A DNA stretch of 64,000 nt. It comes from the human T2T-CHM13v2.0 reference genome, Homo sapiens. Positions within the stretch are counted from its first letter, which is position 1. Each line of letters starts with the position of its first letter. Positions 1-22,005 of the stretch are shown here, piece by piece. The stretch lies in NCBI RefSeq assembly GCF_009914755.1, contig NC_060930.1; one strand, written 5' to 3'. The notes under the pieces were generated by a model, which ran no database searches, was not told the DNA's origin, and worked only from the letters and a program-made list of their open reading frames with translations. A program made the translations under genes and the position numbers.

Positions 1-87
1 TAATTTTTGCAAGCCTTAGTTCCTTGAGGATCATAATTTGCTTCCTAATACTCATATGGGTTCATGCTATTCATCTGTATGCTTATT

Positions 88-622
88 AGGGACTAAATCT
101 TTGCCCCACAAAATTCTTCTGTTAAAAGCCTAACCCCCACAATGTGAAGGCATTTGGAGATGGGGCCTCTGGGAGGTTAGATGAGGTCATAAGAGTTGGG
201 TGCTGGTCTGACAGAAGTAGTGCCCTTATAAAAAGCGACAGCAGGCAGGACACAGCAACTCATACCTGTAACCCCAACACTTTGGGAAGCTGAGACCAGT
301 GAATTGCTTAAATCTGGGAGTTTGAGATCAGCCTGGGCAACATACTGAGACGTCACTACAAAATATAAAAATAATTTTTTTTAAAAAAAGAGCAGAGAAC
401 TTGCTCACATTCTCTCCTACAATGCATGCATAAAGAGGTCAAGTGTGGAAACAGCAAGAAGGCTGCTGTCTGCAAGCCAAGAAGAGAGCCCTCGCCAGAA
501 ACCAAATTATCCAGACCCTGGATATTGGATTTCCAGCCTCCAGAATGGTAAGAAAATAAATCTTTGTTTAAACCACCCAGTCTGTGGTACTATGTTACAG
601 TAGCCCTAGAAGACTAATGCAG
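88..622 (+). mobile_element. MLT1 (MaLR) LTR containing an Alu monomer
   Basis: Typical MLT1 motifs (gatgaggtcat, cagcctccagaa, aataaat, gactaa); monomer at about 244-390. Confidence 0.7.
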
Positions 623-1393
623 TACTCTTCTGTATTTATCATTTTAGAACCAAAATGGTCAAATAGGCTTTAGTCATCATATAAATTCCATGAGCTACTT
701 CTCACTTTTCTTCATTGGAGTCATTCATGATTGTGTTGTCTGATTCTTATTCTTTAGAGCTTCCCATCCCTTTTGAGTTTCCTTTGAGCGTTTCTGGTCA
801 TAAAAGTAGATGTTTCCCTTTTTTCCCACTAAACATTCTGAAATTTTCTTACACTTCTGTCCCCGGTTCCCTTCCTTTACCGTTATGGGCAGTTGTCTGC
901 TAATGGGTCCCTGACTGCATGCCCCTGGTGGGGAAAGAGGAGTTAGGATCATATGCTTATGAGCATGCTCTCCACTTAACCTGTGGCCAAGAAAACAGAT
1001 ATAGTGTGGTCAGCTCCAAACCCCAGATTACATGATCTCTGCCCTTCCAGTGATGTTGATCAAAACTATAATAGAAGCCTATTCAAGACAAACTAATTAT
1101 ATCATCCCTAAACCTGTGAATCTTCTAGACCCATGTTGTCCAACACAGTAGCCACTAGCCACATGCAGCTATTGAGCATTGCTGGCCCTCACTGAGATGT
1201 GATGTAAGGATAAAATATACACCACATTGAAAGCAGAATGGTGGTTGCCAGGGGATGAGGGAAGGGAGAGTGAAGAGTTGTTATTTAATGGGTATGGAGT
1301 TTCAGGTTATAAAATGAAGAGTTCTGGAGATGAATGGTGATGGTTACACAACATTACGAATGTACTTAATACCACTGATACATTTAAAAGTCT

Positions 1394-1427
1394 ATTGCTT
1401 CCCGGCCTTTTGGCTAAGATCAAGTGT
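1394..1427 (+). pseudogene. 3'-truncated U2 snRNA retrocopy (about nt 1-34)
   Basis: ATTGCTTCCCGGCCTTTTGGCTAAGATCAAGTGT matches the U2 5' end (ATCGCTTCTCGGCC...) with 2 mismatches; flanked by TGATACATTTAAAAGTC at 1376-1392 and 1427-1443. Confidence 0.9.
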
Positions 1428-1676
1428 GATACATTTAAAAGTCAAGATGGTAAATTTTATGTTATGCATATTTCACCACAATAGGAACAATTTAAAACTC
1501 TGCTTGAAGGTAATGTCTGAATAGCCCTCAAAATAAGGGTCCCCTCAATCTGCAGGTGAGGGGGCAGCCATTAAAAGAAAAAAAATAGAAAAAATATATG
1601 CTGCATTTCAAAGACTTGATGTAAAAAAAGTCGTTAATTTTTATATTGATTGCATGTTGGAATAATATCTTGGATA

Positions 1677-2055
1677 TTGCCTTAGTTTGGGCTGCTAACA
1701 ACATATCAGAAACTGACTAGTTCGTAAACAACACACAGTTATTTCTCACAGTTCTGGAAACCGGAAGTCCAAGATCAGGGTGTCAGCGTGGTTGGGTTCT
1801 GGTGAGGACCCTCTTCTGGGTTGCACACTGCCCAGAAGTCATGTCTTCACATGGCAGAGGGCAGAGAGAGGAATCAAATTCCCTCGTGACTTTTATAAGG
1901 TCACCATTTCCATTCATGAGGGCTCTACCCTCATGACCTCACCTAATCCTAATCATCTCCCTAAAGACCCATCTCCTAAAACTATCACATTGGGAGTGAG
2001 GGTTTCAACATATGAATTTGGCGAGGGGGAGGAACACAAATTCAGTCCATACCAG
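1677..2055 (-). mobile_element. MLT1 (MaLR) LTR
   Basis: atttctcacagttctgg..aagtccaagatcagg..tcaacatatgaattt. Confidence 0.7.
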
Positions 2056-2376
2056 ATATTAGGTTAAGTAAGAAACATTAATTTCACCTATCTCTTGAGT
2101 TGGTTCTTTAATTTGGCTACTAAAAAATTTAAAATTACCCACATGGATGGCTTTGTGTTTCACATTGTCTATTTTTAAATTTCTATGTGTTTCAAACTGA
2201 CAGAGAAAACTGTATGTATTTATCACGTACAACATAGTGTTTTAAGTATATATTCATTGTGGAATGATCAAAGGATCAAATAACTACCTCACATAGTTAT
2301 CATTTTTCATTTTTGTGGTGGAAACACTGAATATCCACTAAGTATTTTTCTTTCTTTCTTTTTTTTTTTTTTTTTT

Positions 2377-2487
2377 AAAAGACTAGTCAAATGCAGCAGT
2401 AAGAAGCAAGGAAAGAGTAGAACAAAAAGTTCAATCTGTAACTGACTGAACAACCAATTGCGATAACTCACTACCTTCGAATTAGCC
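2377..2487 (-). pseudogene. Y1 RNA (RNY1-derived) processed pseudogene
   Basis: Reverse complement GGCTAATTCGAAGGTAGTGAGTTATCGCAATTG...TGCATTTGACTAGTCTTTT follows hY1 end to end and is followed by a poly(A) tail (T-run about 2345-2376). Confidence 0.9.
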
Positions 2488-2547
2488 TGTATTTCTTCAT
2501 TAACTATAGTCACCATGGTATACAATACATTTTTTTTTTTTTTTTGA

Positions 2548-2808
<261 letters not shown>

Positions 2809-3312
2809 TAAGCCACCGTGCCCAGCCTACAATAAATCTCTTGAACGGTATTCCTCCTAGCTAACTGAAATTCTATCTTTTGACCAACATCTCCCTACCA
2901 CTCTCTCCCTGCAACTACCCTAGCCTCTAGTAACCACCATTCTATGCTCTACTGCTATGAAATAAGCTTTTTAAGATTCCACATGAGTGAAATCATATGG
3001 CATTTGTTCTTCCGTGCCTGGTTTATTTCACTTGACATAATGTTCTCCATGTTCATCCATGTTGCCACAAATGACAAGATTTCATCCTTTTTACAGTTGA
3101 ATAGTATTCTATTGTGTATATACGCATTTTCTTTATCCATTCATCCACTTATGGGCATTTAGTTTGATTCTGTATCTTGGCTATTGTGAATAGTGCTGCA
3201 ATAGACACGGAGGTACAGATGTCTCTTTGACATACTGATTTCATTTCCTTTGGATATATGCCCAATAGTGGGATTGCTGGATCATATAGTAGCTCTACTG
3301 TTAATAATTTGA

Positions 3313-3741
<429 letters not shown>

Positions 3742-4026
3742 TCAGGAGTCTGAGACTGGGTTCATTTGAACGGGGGAGGCGGAGGCTGCAGTGAGCCGAA
3801 ATCACGCCACTGCGTTCCAGCCTAGACAACAGAGTGAGACTCACTCTCAAAAAAACAAAACAAAACAAAACAAAAAACTTATCCCTGTAACCAAAAACCA
3901 TCTGTACCCCCAAAAACTATTGAAATAAAAATTTTTTTAAATGTGCAAAAGACCTGAATAATCAGGTTATTTTCTTGCTAATGAGTCATTTGATTTCCTT
4001 ATATATTTAGCATATTAACCCCTTAT

Positions 4027-4641
4027 TGATACAGGAGTTAAAAAGAAATTATTTAGGGTAAGAAAGTCCTCGGTAAGGTTTTGCTTTTCATGAACAGCTG
4101 CCCCCAAATCATTTTCTTTTCTAACAAACAGCAACCTGTAAAACTGAACTGCAGACACAGACAAGCAAGCTAGAAGCTTGCACATGCAAATGCCAGCAGT
4201 TGTGCCAATAGGAAAAAGCTACCTAAGGAATAGGCATGTTCAAAATGGCGGCTCCATCTTCTCTTTGCCAGCCACTTGTGCAGTAAGGAGCGGACAAGAT
4301 GGCGGACAAGTGGAAAGTCTATTTGCATAATAAGATCAGGGTAGGGCAACCAGCCTTCGCCTGGCATCATGTAGACGTCACACCTGGTCTAGCCAATCTG
4401 GGCCCTACATAAATCAGACACCGCCTCCTCAAGCCTGCCTGTAAAATTGCCTGCTGTCTGCTACAGGCCTACTTTTCCTTTTCGGAGGCCTGTTTCCTGT
4501 CACACAGAGCTGCTCTCCTCTCTCCTTTCTTCTACCTATTAAGCCTTGCACTCCTTAACCCACCCACATGTGTCCATGTCCTTATTCCTCCTGGTGCAAG
4601 ACGACGAACCCTGGGTATTTACCCCAGAAGATGCCTCTTCA
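4027..4641 (+). mobile_element. ERV1 solo LTR (MER50-like)
   Basis: TGATACAGGAGTTAAAAAGAAATT...CTTCA interrupts an antisense L1. Confidence 0.7.
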
Positions 4642-5224
4642 TAATCACTTGCATAGCGTGCAAATATTTTCTCCCACTCCGTTGTCTGTCTTCACTCTGT
4701 TACTGTTTCCTTTGCTGTACAGAAGCTTTTTAGTTCACTGTGATACTATTTTTCTATTTTTGCGTTTGCTGCCTGTACTTTTGAGGTCATATCCAAAAAA
4801 ATCATTGCCCAGACCAATGTCGTGGAGCTTTTCCCTTATGTTTTCTTCTAGTAGTTTCACAGTTTTGGGTCTTACATTTAAGTCTTTAATCTATTTTGAG
4901 TTGTTTTTGTATATAGTGAGAGATAAACAGTCTAATTTCATTCTTTTGCATGTGGACATTGTTTTCTGAGCACCATTTATTGAAGAGACTGCCTTTTCCC
5001 CATTGTGTGTTCTTGGCACCTTTGCTGAAAATCAGTGGGCTATAAATGTGTGGATTTATTTCTGGGCTCTCTATTCTGTTCCATTGGTTTATGTGTCTGT
5101 TATTATGCCAGTATCATGCTGCTTTGGTTACCACAACTTTGTAGTACAAAGTCAGGTAGTGTGATGCCTTCACCCTTTTTTTTTTTTGGCTCAGATTGCT
5201 TTGGCTATTTAGGTTTTTTTGTGA

Positions 5225-5416
<192 letters not shown>

Positions 5417-5571
5417 TAATTTTTGTATTGTTAGTAGAGACGGGGTTTCACCATGTTGACCAGGCTGTTCTTGAACTCCTGACCTCACGTGATCCTCCCA
5501 CCTGAGCCTCCCAAAGTGCCAGGATTACAGGCATGAGACACTGTGCACTCGGTCATTTTTTTCTATTTCTA

Positions 5572-5772
<201 letters not shown>

Positions 5773-6260
5773 CTACTGTAATTCCAATCCTACTTGGGAG
5801 GCTGAGGCAGGAGAATTGCTTGAACCCTGGAGGAGGCGGTTGCAGTGAGCCGAGCTCAAACACCACTGCCCTCCAGCCTGGGCAACAGAGTGAGACTGTC
5901 TTAAAAAAAAAAAAAAAAAAAAAAAAGACAGAGAGAGTGCATTGATTCTGTAGATCACTTTGGGTAGTATGAACATTTTAATAATATTCATTGTTTTAAT
6001 CCATGAGCATGAGATATCTTTTGTGTCTTCAGTTTCTTCCATCAACACTTTATAGTGTTCAGTATAGACATCTTTCACCTCAGTTAAATTTACTCTTAAG
6101 TTTTTGTTACAGCTATTGTACATGGGATTATTTTCTTGTTATCTTTTTCAAACAGTATTAGTGTATAGAAACAATTTTGTGTAGTAAAGTTACAGGATAC
6201 AAAATTAATAAGTTTATTAGACCTAACAGTTTTTTGGCAGAGTCTGTAGGGTTTTCTCTA

Positions 6261-7367
<1,107 letters not shown>

Positions 7368-9505
7368 TATATCACATCATGTCATCTTCAAAACTTCTTC
7401 CTTTCCAACCTAGGAACCTTTAGTTTCTCCCTCTTGCCTAACTGCTCTGGCTAGACTTCTAATATTATGTTGAATAGAAGTAGTGAAAGTGGGCATCCTT
7501 ATCTGGTTTCAGATCTTAGAGGAAAAGCTTTCAGATTTTCCCCGTTCAGTGCAATATTAGCTGTGAGTTTGTTATATGGACTCTATTGTATTGAGGTACA
7601 CTCCTTTTATACCTAATTTGTTGGAAGTTTTTATCATGAAGAGATAACTGAATTTTGTCAAATGATTTTTCTGCATCTACTGAAATGATCACCAAGCGCA
7701 GTTGCTCATGCCCGTAATCCCAGAACTCTGGGAGGCTGAGGCAGGCAGATCACCTGAGCTCAGGAGTTCAAGACCAGCTTGGGCAACATGGCGAAACCCC
7801 ATCTCTACCAAAAATACAAAAAATTAGCTGGGCATGGTGTCATGCACCTGTGGTCCCAGCTACTTGGGAGGCTGAGATGGGAGGATTGCTTGAGCCTAGG
7901 ATGCAGAGGTTGCAGCCGAGATCACGGCACTGCACTCCAACCTGGGTGACAGAGTGAGACCCTATCTCCAGGAAAAAAAAAAGAAAAATAATGTTTTTTG
8001 TCCTTCATTCTGTTGATGGGATAATGGGATGTATCATGTTTATTAATTTGTGTATATTAAACTATCCTTGCGTCCCTGGGATGAATACCACTTGTTCATG
8101 ACAGATGATTTTGTCATTGTGCTGTTGAATTCAGTTTGCTAGTATTTTGTTGGGGACCTTTGCATCTATGTTCATCAGGAATATTGGTTGTAGTTTTTTC
8201 TTGTTGTGTCCTTTTCTGGTTGTGATATCAGAGTAATGCTGGCTTCATAAAATAAGTTTCAAAGTATTTCGTCTTCGATTTTTTGGAGTGTTTAAGACAT
8301 GGCATTAGTTCTTCTTTAAATATCTGGGGGCTGGGCATGGTGACTCAGGCCTGTAATTCCAGCCCTTGGGGAGGCAGAGCTGGGAGGATCGCTTGAGCCT
8401 AAGAGTTTGAGACCAACCTGAGCAACAAAGTGAGACTCCACCTCTACAAAAAATAAAATAAAATGAAAAATAAATGTTTGGTAGAATTAAACAGGCCATC
8501 AGGACCTGGGCTTTTCTTTGATGGGAGACTTTTTTTTGAGACAGGGTCTCACTCTGTCACCCAGGCTGACATGCAGTGGCACATTCATAGCTCACTTAAG
8601 CCTCAGTCTTTTGGGCACAAGCAATCCTCCTATCTCAGCCTCTCAAATATTTGGGACTATAGGTACATGCTACCATACCCAGTTATTTTTTTAAATTTTT
8701 TGTAGAGACAAGGTCTCACTGTATTGCCAAGTCTGGTCTCAAGCCCCTGGGCTCAAATGATCCTCCCCTATTAGCCTCCCGAAGTGCTTGGGATTATAGG
8801 CATTATCCACCAGGCCTGGCCTGATGGGAAACTTTTTATTACTGTTTCAATTCCTTATTATTGGTCTGTTCAGGTTTTCTATTTCTTCATAATTTAATCT
8901 TGGTAGGTGGTAGATTGTATGTGTCCAGGAATTTACTCATTTCTTCTATGTTATCCAATTTACTGATGTATAATTGTTCATAATTGTCTTTTATGTTCCT
9001 TTGTATTTCTGTGATATCAGTTGTAATGTCTCCTTTTTCATCTGATTTTGAGTTTCTTTTGTTCTTAAAGGTTTGTTGACTATCTTTTAAAGAAACCAAC
9101 CCTTCATTTTGTTGATCTTTTGTATTGTTTTTCTAGTTTCTATCTATTTTTGCTATAGTCTTTATTATTTCTTTTCTTCTACTAATTTTGGGTTTACTTT
9201 GTTCTTGTTCTTCTAGCTCCTTGAGGTGCAACTGCATTACATTTCTACTGACCAGTACTGTGCCAGATTGATGACCAGCCAATACTTGAGTGTTTATGAT
9301 ATGGCAGCAGCTGTTTAACCACCTAAAAGTACTGTAGACCTAGCATACCCACACTTCCTATAAGAAAGGTATCAATGTCCCCACTTTACAGAAACTGAAG
9401 CAGACACACTAGAGATTAATTTGTCTGGAATTACAGAGCTAGTAGGTAGAATCTGAACCCCGTGGCAATCTGTATCCAAAAAGCAGACTTTTACCTCTAT
9501 TATTT

Positions 9506-9964
9506 TGATAGAGGCATGGGACAGCCAAATGCCTAGGCAAATAGGGTAAGGTCCCTGGAGAACCTCCAACCTGCCCAAGTCATTGTGCACAGGGGGCTTG
9601 GCTAAACATGCCCACGGTGAAAAATTCCATCTTTTAACACATGTGCAATAAGGGAAATAAATCAATGTGGAGTGGCTCAGACTAAGGGCCCACGTGCACA
9701 TTGGAAGAATGAGGAGGAGTCACCAGGAATTCACACCTTATGCAGGGGAGGAGCCTGGCCTTTTCAACTCGTATGTGATGGCCTGGTATTCAATTTGTGA
9801 GGTGGAAACCTGTGTTTGGGATCCCTCTTTTTGTTAAGAGCTTTCCTTTCACTTAATAAATTCCATCCTCCTCACCCTTCAATGTATCCACATGCCTAAT
9901 TTTTCCTGGTTGTGAGACAAGGACCCAGATTTAGCTGAACTAAGGAGCAAGAAATCCTGCATCA
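9506..9964 (+). mobile_element. ERV1 (MER4-group) solo LTR
   Basis: TG...CA termini, internal AATAAA, perfect TSD ATTT. Confidence 0.75.
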
Positions 9965-10905
9965 ATTTTAATAAATTGCATAACTGATAAAAGGCAGGAA
10001 GAAAGACTCACACTTAATCTGAAAGAAATCCCACAAAGTTGAAATAAGCACCCTTTACTCATGTTTAAATCAAAGTACTAAAAACTACAACTGCTCAACA
10101 GCATATAAACATTTCTTTTCAACACCAATTTGATTTAATTTAAACACTGAGCACCTACTGACATGTGAACTCTCTGAATTAGTAACAGGGCCTACAAAGA
10201 CTGATAACAACATGCTCCCTTCTTTGATAAAGTCATAAAGGCAGTGGGTGGGTTTGTCTGGTAGGGGCAGGGGTTTGGGCAAGAGAGAGATTAGACAAAC
10301 ATGTGATAAGACAGACATGTGATAAGAAAAAGGCAATAGTGTTCTCTGCATTTCTCCTCTATTTTTCTTTCCCATTACTTAAAAGAAGCAAAACATTTTT
10401 TCCCCTTCCTCAAATAAGACACATTCAGAGTGTTTGTCTCTAGGCAGGCAAACTTTGTTCTTTCCAAAACAAATTGAGAAGTACAGGAAGCACCACCAGA
10501 CTGACACTACAGTGCTGCTCTGTCAGGTACCCCAGGATCCAATAACCCTGAGGCCACAGCAATCACCTCATGCTCTTCCCCCTTGAAAAAGAGAATTAAA
10601 GCATAATTCTCCTCAAAGTCTAAACTTACAGAGGAAATGGAGCTTAAGAACAATGTATTGTCTTCTTACTGTTTGGGAATGTCCCCCTTTCTCAGTCCTT
10701 CAGAAAGGCCCAAAGAGGTGGCTTAGTTAAAGTTGTTCCCATAGAACCAGTTTCTAAAAACAGGAGAAATTACTGAAGCATATGGCTTAGGCAACCTACA
10801 TTGGAATTTTCCAATAGAACCTTCCAGTTTCTAGCAAGCTGAGTGAATGAGAAACCAGGAAATGGGGTTTTGTTTCCAACCACTTCAGCACAAGGTTTAT
10901 GTTAC

Positions 10906-15269
<4,364 letters not shown>

Positions 15270-16269
15270 TTACCCAGAAACTTTACAAAAAGAGAGCAGA
15301 ATCCAGTTTTTATTCCTGCGTCAAAAATCCAGCTTGTGGGCTGAAACCTCTCAATCCTGACAAATAAGTCTCGCAACTACATCTGAGATAATTACATTTA
15401 GTGGCAATTCCTGCTAGGCAATTAATTGCTTGACTTTCCTGACAACGGGGCAAAGGTGTGGGTGGGGGAGGGGTGTACTGAGGCACCTGGGGGAACTTCT
15501 GCAATCTGTTCCTCGGGCTTCCACCTGCCAGCCCCTCTCTCCCAACTGTCAGGCAGCGGGAGCCAGCAGAACCCCAGGGAGGGACAGAAGGGGTAGGTAT
15601 GTTGGTCGACAATGAAGGATAGTCTCCACTCCACCCCTTACCATAACAGGTAAAAGAGGAAACTCTAATAACTAAAACCTTAAGACAAATACATTTCTCT
15701 CCTCTGTTACCTGCTGAGAATAACTATTGGAACTAGCACCTGCTGGCTTTTTCTTTTTTTAATTCCACGCAGGTTGAAAGCATCATCCAACTACCTGCAA
15801 AATTAAGAGGCAGAGAAGAACGCGCTCCCTCGCCCCCTTCCCTTCTCTCCTCTTCTCTTACGCTCTACATTAATGAGAGTACAGGATACAATTTTAAAGA
15901 AATATTTCTCTGGTTCAGTTTTTTTTTTAAAAAAAAGCATAAAACTTCCCAAACTTCGATGTGCATTCAAATGACCTGGACTTGTTTAAAATGTAGGTTC
16001 TCTAACTTGACAGATTTGGAGTGGAGCCTCAGATTCTGCCTTTATTAGCCAGCTCCCGCCACTTGAAGTAGCAAGGTTACACAGTGTCAAAATTCAGGAT
16101 AACTTTTAAGTCCATATGGGGCACTTAGGGTTTGGCCATTTCCCTGCAGCTTGCTAATAACTAAGTTCTTAATGTATTTACTATTTACCTGTAATGCGAA
16201 AAATAGCAAACATGATGAATTCAAAACATTCGGATCATTCAATCATTCACCAGTTATTGAGCCATTACT

Positions 16270-17062
<793 letters not shown>

Positions 17063-18924
17063 TCCGCAAGGCAGGGTAACTGGCATTGGTGATGTACTGG
17101 AGTTTATAGAGAGTGGATTTCCTCATGTCTTCAAGGGAGATTTTATTGATTAGCAACTGTGGCAGACATTGTTAAGTGCCACCCAATATTGGTTTATTTT
17201 CTTCCTTAATAACAATTCTGATTTCACTTGGGCTAGCAATAGGCCCAAGCTAAAAGACTACATTTCCTAGCTTCTCCCTTGCAGCAAGATGTGGCCAGGT
17301 GGTCAGTCTGGCTAAGAAGATGTAAACAGAACTAGTAGAAGGGGATAGGGGAAAGCTGTGTGGGAAAAGGGTATTTGCTTAGCTGGAGGGTCTGGTGCTG
17401 GGATTACAAATATGACGGCTGGTGTCAGAATAACTCTGCAGCTATCTTGGACTATGAGGTGACATCCAGGAAGGCATCATGCAGAAGAATACTGGGATCC
17501 AAGACAGAATGAGTCTAGGTCACCAATGACTAAGGACTCCTTCCACTAGCACTAGACTGGCCTACCGCTGGTTTACTTAATGTCTTGTTTAGACCACTAT
17601 TGTTATGTCAGGTAAAACACAATTCCTAACTACTGTAGTTTAGACAGCCAATAAAACATGTCAGTTAAAGATTCTTTTCCTGTAAAATTTTTTTTCTCTC
17701 ACTTTAGGACTGACTTTATTTTACACAAAGAAAATCACAATTATGGCTATAACCAGGTAAGCATTGAGGCTGCAGTTGGAAAGCAACGTGGAAGTTGAAC
17801 ATTGAGGAGGTGCTAAGGAGGCTGAGGAAGAGAGAGGTCAATGTAATCATGTTGCAACCACCTAGGAAGATGGCAGCAGCTGTGGAACAGAAGGTTGTAA
17901 GCAAGATCCCAGGGTAAAGATGGGCACTTAGGCCTTGGAGATGACAGTGACAAGGGCTCACAAGCGCTGTTTTGCTCACTAAAAGCCCCAAATGCAAACC
18001 TTCTGTTTCAACTAGATTACTCCCATGAATCAGGTGAAGCAAATTTCTATTGGGGCACACTACTGGACAGGTTCAGGGCACGTACAGCATTATCTCCACT
18101 TCCCTTCGTGCTGGAAATACAAAGGAGACCAAAACCCCCAGGAATACATTCACGTGCAACCTCCATAGTCCTTGAATTTAACAGAGTTGCTGCCTGTCAC
18201 ATTGAGAAAGAGGAGAATTCAGCAGGAATATGAGACTCTCATATTTCTAACAGGGCTGATTTTTCTCTACTGTGTCCTGCTTGTACCCCAGGATATCCAC
18301 TTTACCACCCTCAACCACCCAAGAAGAAAAACTAGCTTTTACTTTAACAAACCGAAGCTAAGCACTCAACAAATATTTGTTGAATGAATGAATAAATCAG
18401 AGCATAGCTCAAGAGCAAAAACCTTTTCAATCAATAATTTAAAAGCAAAGCTACAAAACAATATCCTCTCGTGCTTTAGTGTTTAATGAACTCTCAACAT
18501 TGGTTGTTTCTTGGCAGCTGCAGATTTCACAAGAATGAGATTAAATGGCTTTTTACATCCTGTATTTGGAAAGAGAATAGGAGGATTTACAGGAAGTTAT
18601 GCTCAGTTCCAATCCAGTTAAACAGGTATATAATTCTCTTTTGTCTTTCTTCAGACAATGAAAATCCGCAATCTAAGACCTGAAACTACTGCCACAGCCA
18701 TGCATAAAATGAAATGCTGCTGCTTTCCTCTCTGTTAAAGAGAATGTTCAAGGCCGAGGACACATAAAAAAGAGCAGCATTGCTGGCTCTGTTATTTAGC
18801 TGTGTGTTCTTGAAAAAGTCACTTCTCCAGACATATCTCAGCATTTATAACCTAAGACTGAATCACTGCATTTTACCCTTAATGAGGTACGCTTACACTA
18901 ATCTTTTTGAAACAGTACTTAAAT

Positions 18925-19380
18925 TGTAGCAGGACAAGCCGCAGACAAAACCCCTCAGCCAGCGAGTTTAAGAAAGAAGGGCTTTATTCGGCCGGGATCT
19001 TCGGCAAGACTCACGTCTCCAACAACCAAGCTCCCCAAGTGAGTAATTCCTGTCCCTTTTAAGGGCTTACAACTCTAAGGAGGTCCGTGTGAGAGGGTCG
19101 TGATTGACTGAGCAAGCGGGGGTACATGACTGGGGGGCTGCATGCACCGGTAATTAGAACGGAACAGAACAGGACAGGGATTTTCACAGTGCTTTTCTAT
19201 ACAATGTCTCTAATCTACAGATAACATAACCGATTAGGTCAGGGGTCGATCTTTACCAGGCCCAGAGTGTGGTGCCGAGCTGTCTGCTTGTGGATTTCAT
19301 TTCTGCCTTTTAGTTTTTACTTCTTCTTTGGAGGCAGAAATTGGGCATAAGACAATATGAGGGGTGGTCTCCCTCCCTTA
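18925..19380 (-). mobile_element. ERV1 solo LTR, LTR2 (HERV-E)-like
   Basis: Reverse complement starts TAAGGGAGGGAGACCACCCCTCATATTGTC and ends ..CTACA; perfect TSD AAAT. Confidence 0.8.
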
Positions 19381-20160
19381 AAATCCTAATGCTCTCCTCC
19401 AAAAATGTATATCCACATATTTGCATATAATTTCATGGGATTCAAAACCCCTGAAATTTATCCAGGAACCCCCAGATTAGTAACACCTGGACTAGATGTT
19501 GTCTAAGTCCTCTGAGCTCTGTAATTGGTTCCACTGATTTCTAAGTTTTGGGGTTTTTTTTTCTTTTTAAAGTAAAACCACTTTGAGTTATGTTCATGGT
19601 GCTTACACCATGGTTTCCATTCTAGAACCAACTATATTCTAAAATTCCTGGTTGGAACAAAAGTTACTTAAGCAAGTAAAAGTGTGACAGTCTGGTAACA
19701 GATTCTAAATAATCACCTTTTTATGGTGATAAGCTAAAATTTATTTTAAAAAGTGTATTAAACAAGTATTAATACTTCTCAAACAGCAGTTGAGATGTCC
19801 CTGGGGTAAGGAGACAGGGCACCAGGGACATTCCAGAAGTAACAGAATATACAAAGCATGATTTTGAAAGTTTTAGCGGTTTTTAATTTGTGGATGAGGG
19901 TGTAACACTTTTGCATTAAAATAAACAGATATGTTGTGGAGTAAAATGCATAAAGGCACATTTTTAAAGATAAAATGTGAAACTTACAATGTCCTGCTTA
20001 CTAATACCTTGTCTCACGTCCAGAGGACACTTACTTCACACTCCTCTAATCTTAGTGGTTCTCTGGTGGAAACTTACACATTACAAAAAAAGTAATCTAT
20101 TCTAAATCCTAAAATAATTTGATTTTTTGTAACACAATGAAGATAACTAGCACAAAGTAA

Positions 20161-20421
<261 letters not shown>

Positions 20422-20665
20422 TGAGCCACTGCGTCTGGCCATTTTATTTTATTTTTTGAGACAGAGTCCTGACCTCAAGCAATCCGCCTGCCTAGGCCTC
20501 GCAAAGTGCTGGGATTACAGGAGTGAGCCACCGTGCCCAGCCAAGAAAGATTTTGGAAGAGTGAATGAATACAAGGATTTCCACTAGACTGAGAATTAGT
20601 TTGTCAACAGCATTTCAGTGTCTTGAGAAGTGTTTACATTTGGCGTGGACAAAGCTGGCAGATGA

Positions 20666-21114
20666 CGTAGAAAGTAAAAAGTTGCCTCTTCAAAGTTTCC
20701 CTTCTTGTTAAAGAATAAATCATAAATGTTAGAAACAATAGTTTCTTTTAAAGACTAACTTACTTCAAGCCTCCTTGCTTTGTGCTAATAACTCTGTTAA
20801 GCCCTATTGTATGTAACTGCGGGACATGCTCACAGGCCCAGGCACGTTCCAGCTCACAGCCTGTTTAGCAAATCGGGTATCAGTTTAAGATTATGAGGTC
20901 CAGCCCCAGCCAACGGATGCAGGACACAGCAGTAAGGACAACCCAAAGGCGTAAGGGACAAATATGTCTGCTTTTCCTTTGTTCAGGAGTGCTCTCACCA
21001 TCGTTCCATCTGCAATTGAGCACCCTTTCTGCATAAAGTAAAAATTGCCTTGCTGAGAGATCTTTTGTCTCCATGCTGACTTTTCTTCGTGTCACCAATT
21101 ATCTATTTCTAACA
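20666..21114 (+). mobile_element. ERV1 solo LTR (LTR15-like, subfamily uncertain)
   Basis: (C/T)GTAGAAAGTAAAAAG...TTTCTAACA; imperfect TSD ATGA/ATAA. Confidence 0.65.
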
Positions 21115-21436
21115 ATAACAAGGTCTTTTCTGCACTGCAGTGACAACCAAAGCATCCCAAATGAAATCATTTCTGCAAGACCCAAACTAGCCTCTATTAA
21201 CACGTACTAACAATTCAGAACACCAGAGAAGAAAAGTTATTGGAAACAAAAGGGTCTAAGCGCTGAAGCACTGTATCGCACTTGAAATGGAGGCTGAAGA
21301 TTTGAGAAGGATGGACTATGCATCTTGTTTACCAAATGACCTACTACGGTGTTTATGAGAACTATACGAACCAAGATTTACTCTGTTGGGAGCTTGTAGG
21401 AAAGCTGTAATGTCTAAGACATACCTGAATCTCTAA

Positions 21437-21685
<249 letters not shown>

Positions 21686-21777
21686 TGAAGGCTCTGGCCG
21701 GGCGCTGTGGCTCACGCCTGCAATCCCAGCAACTTTGGGAGGTCGAGGCAAGCGGATCACCTGCGGTCGGGAGTTCA

Positions 21778-22005
<228 letters not shown>

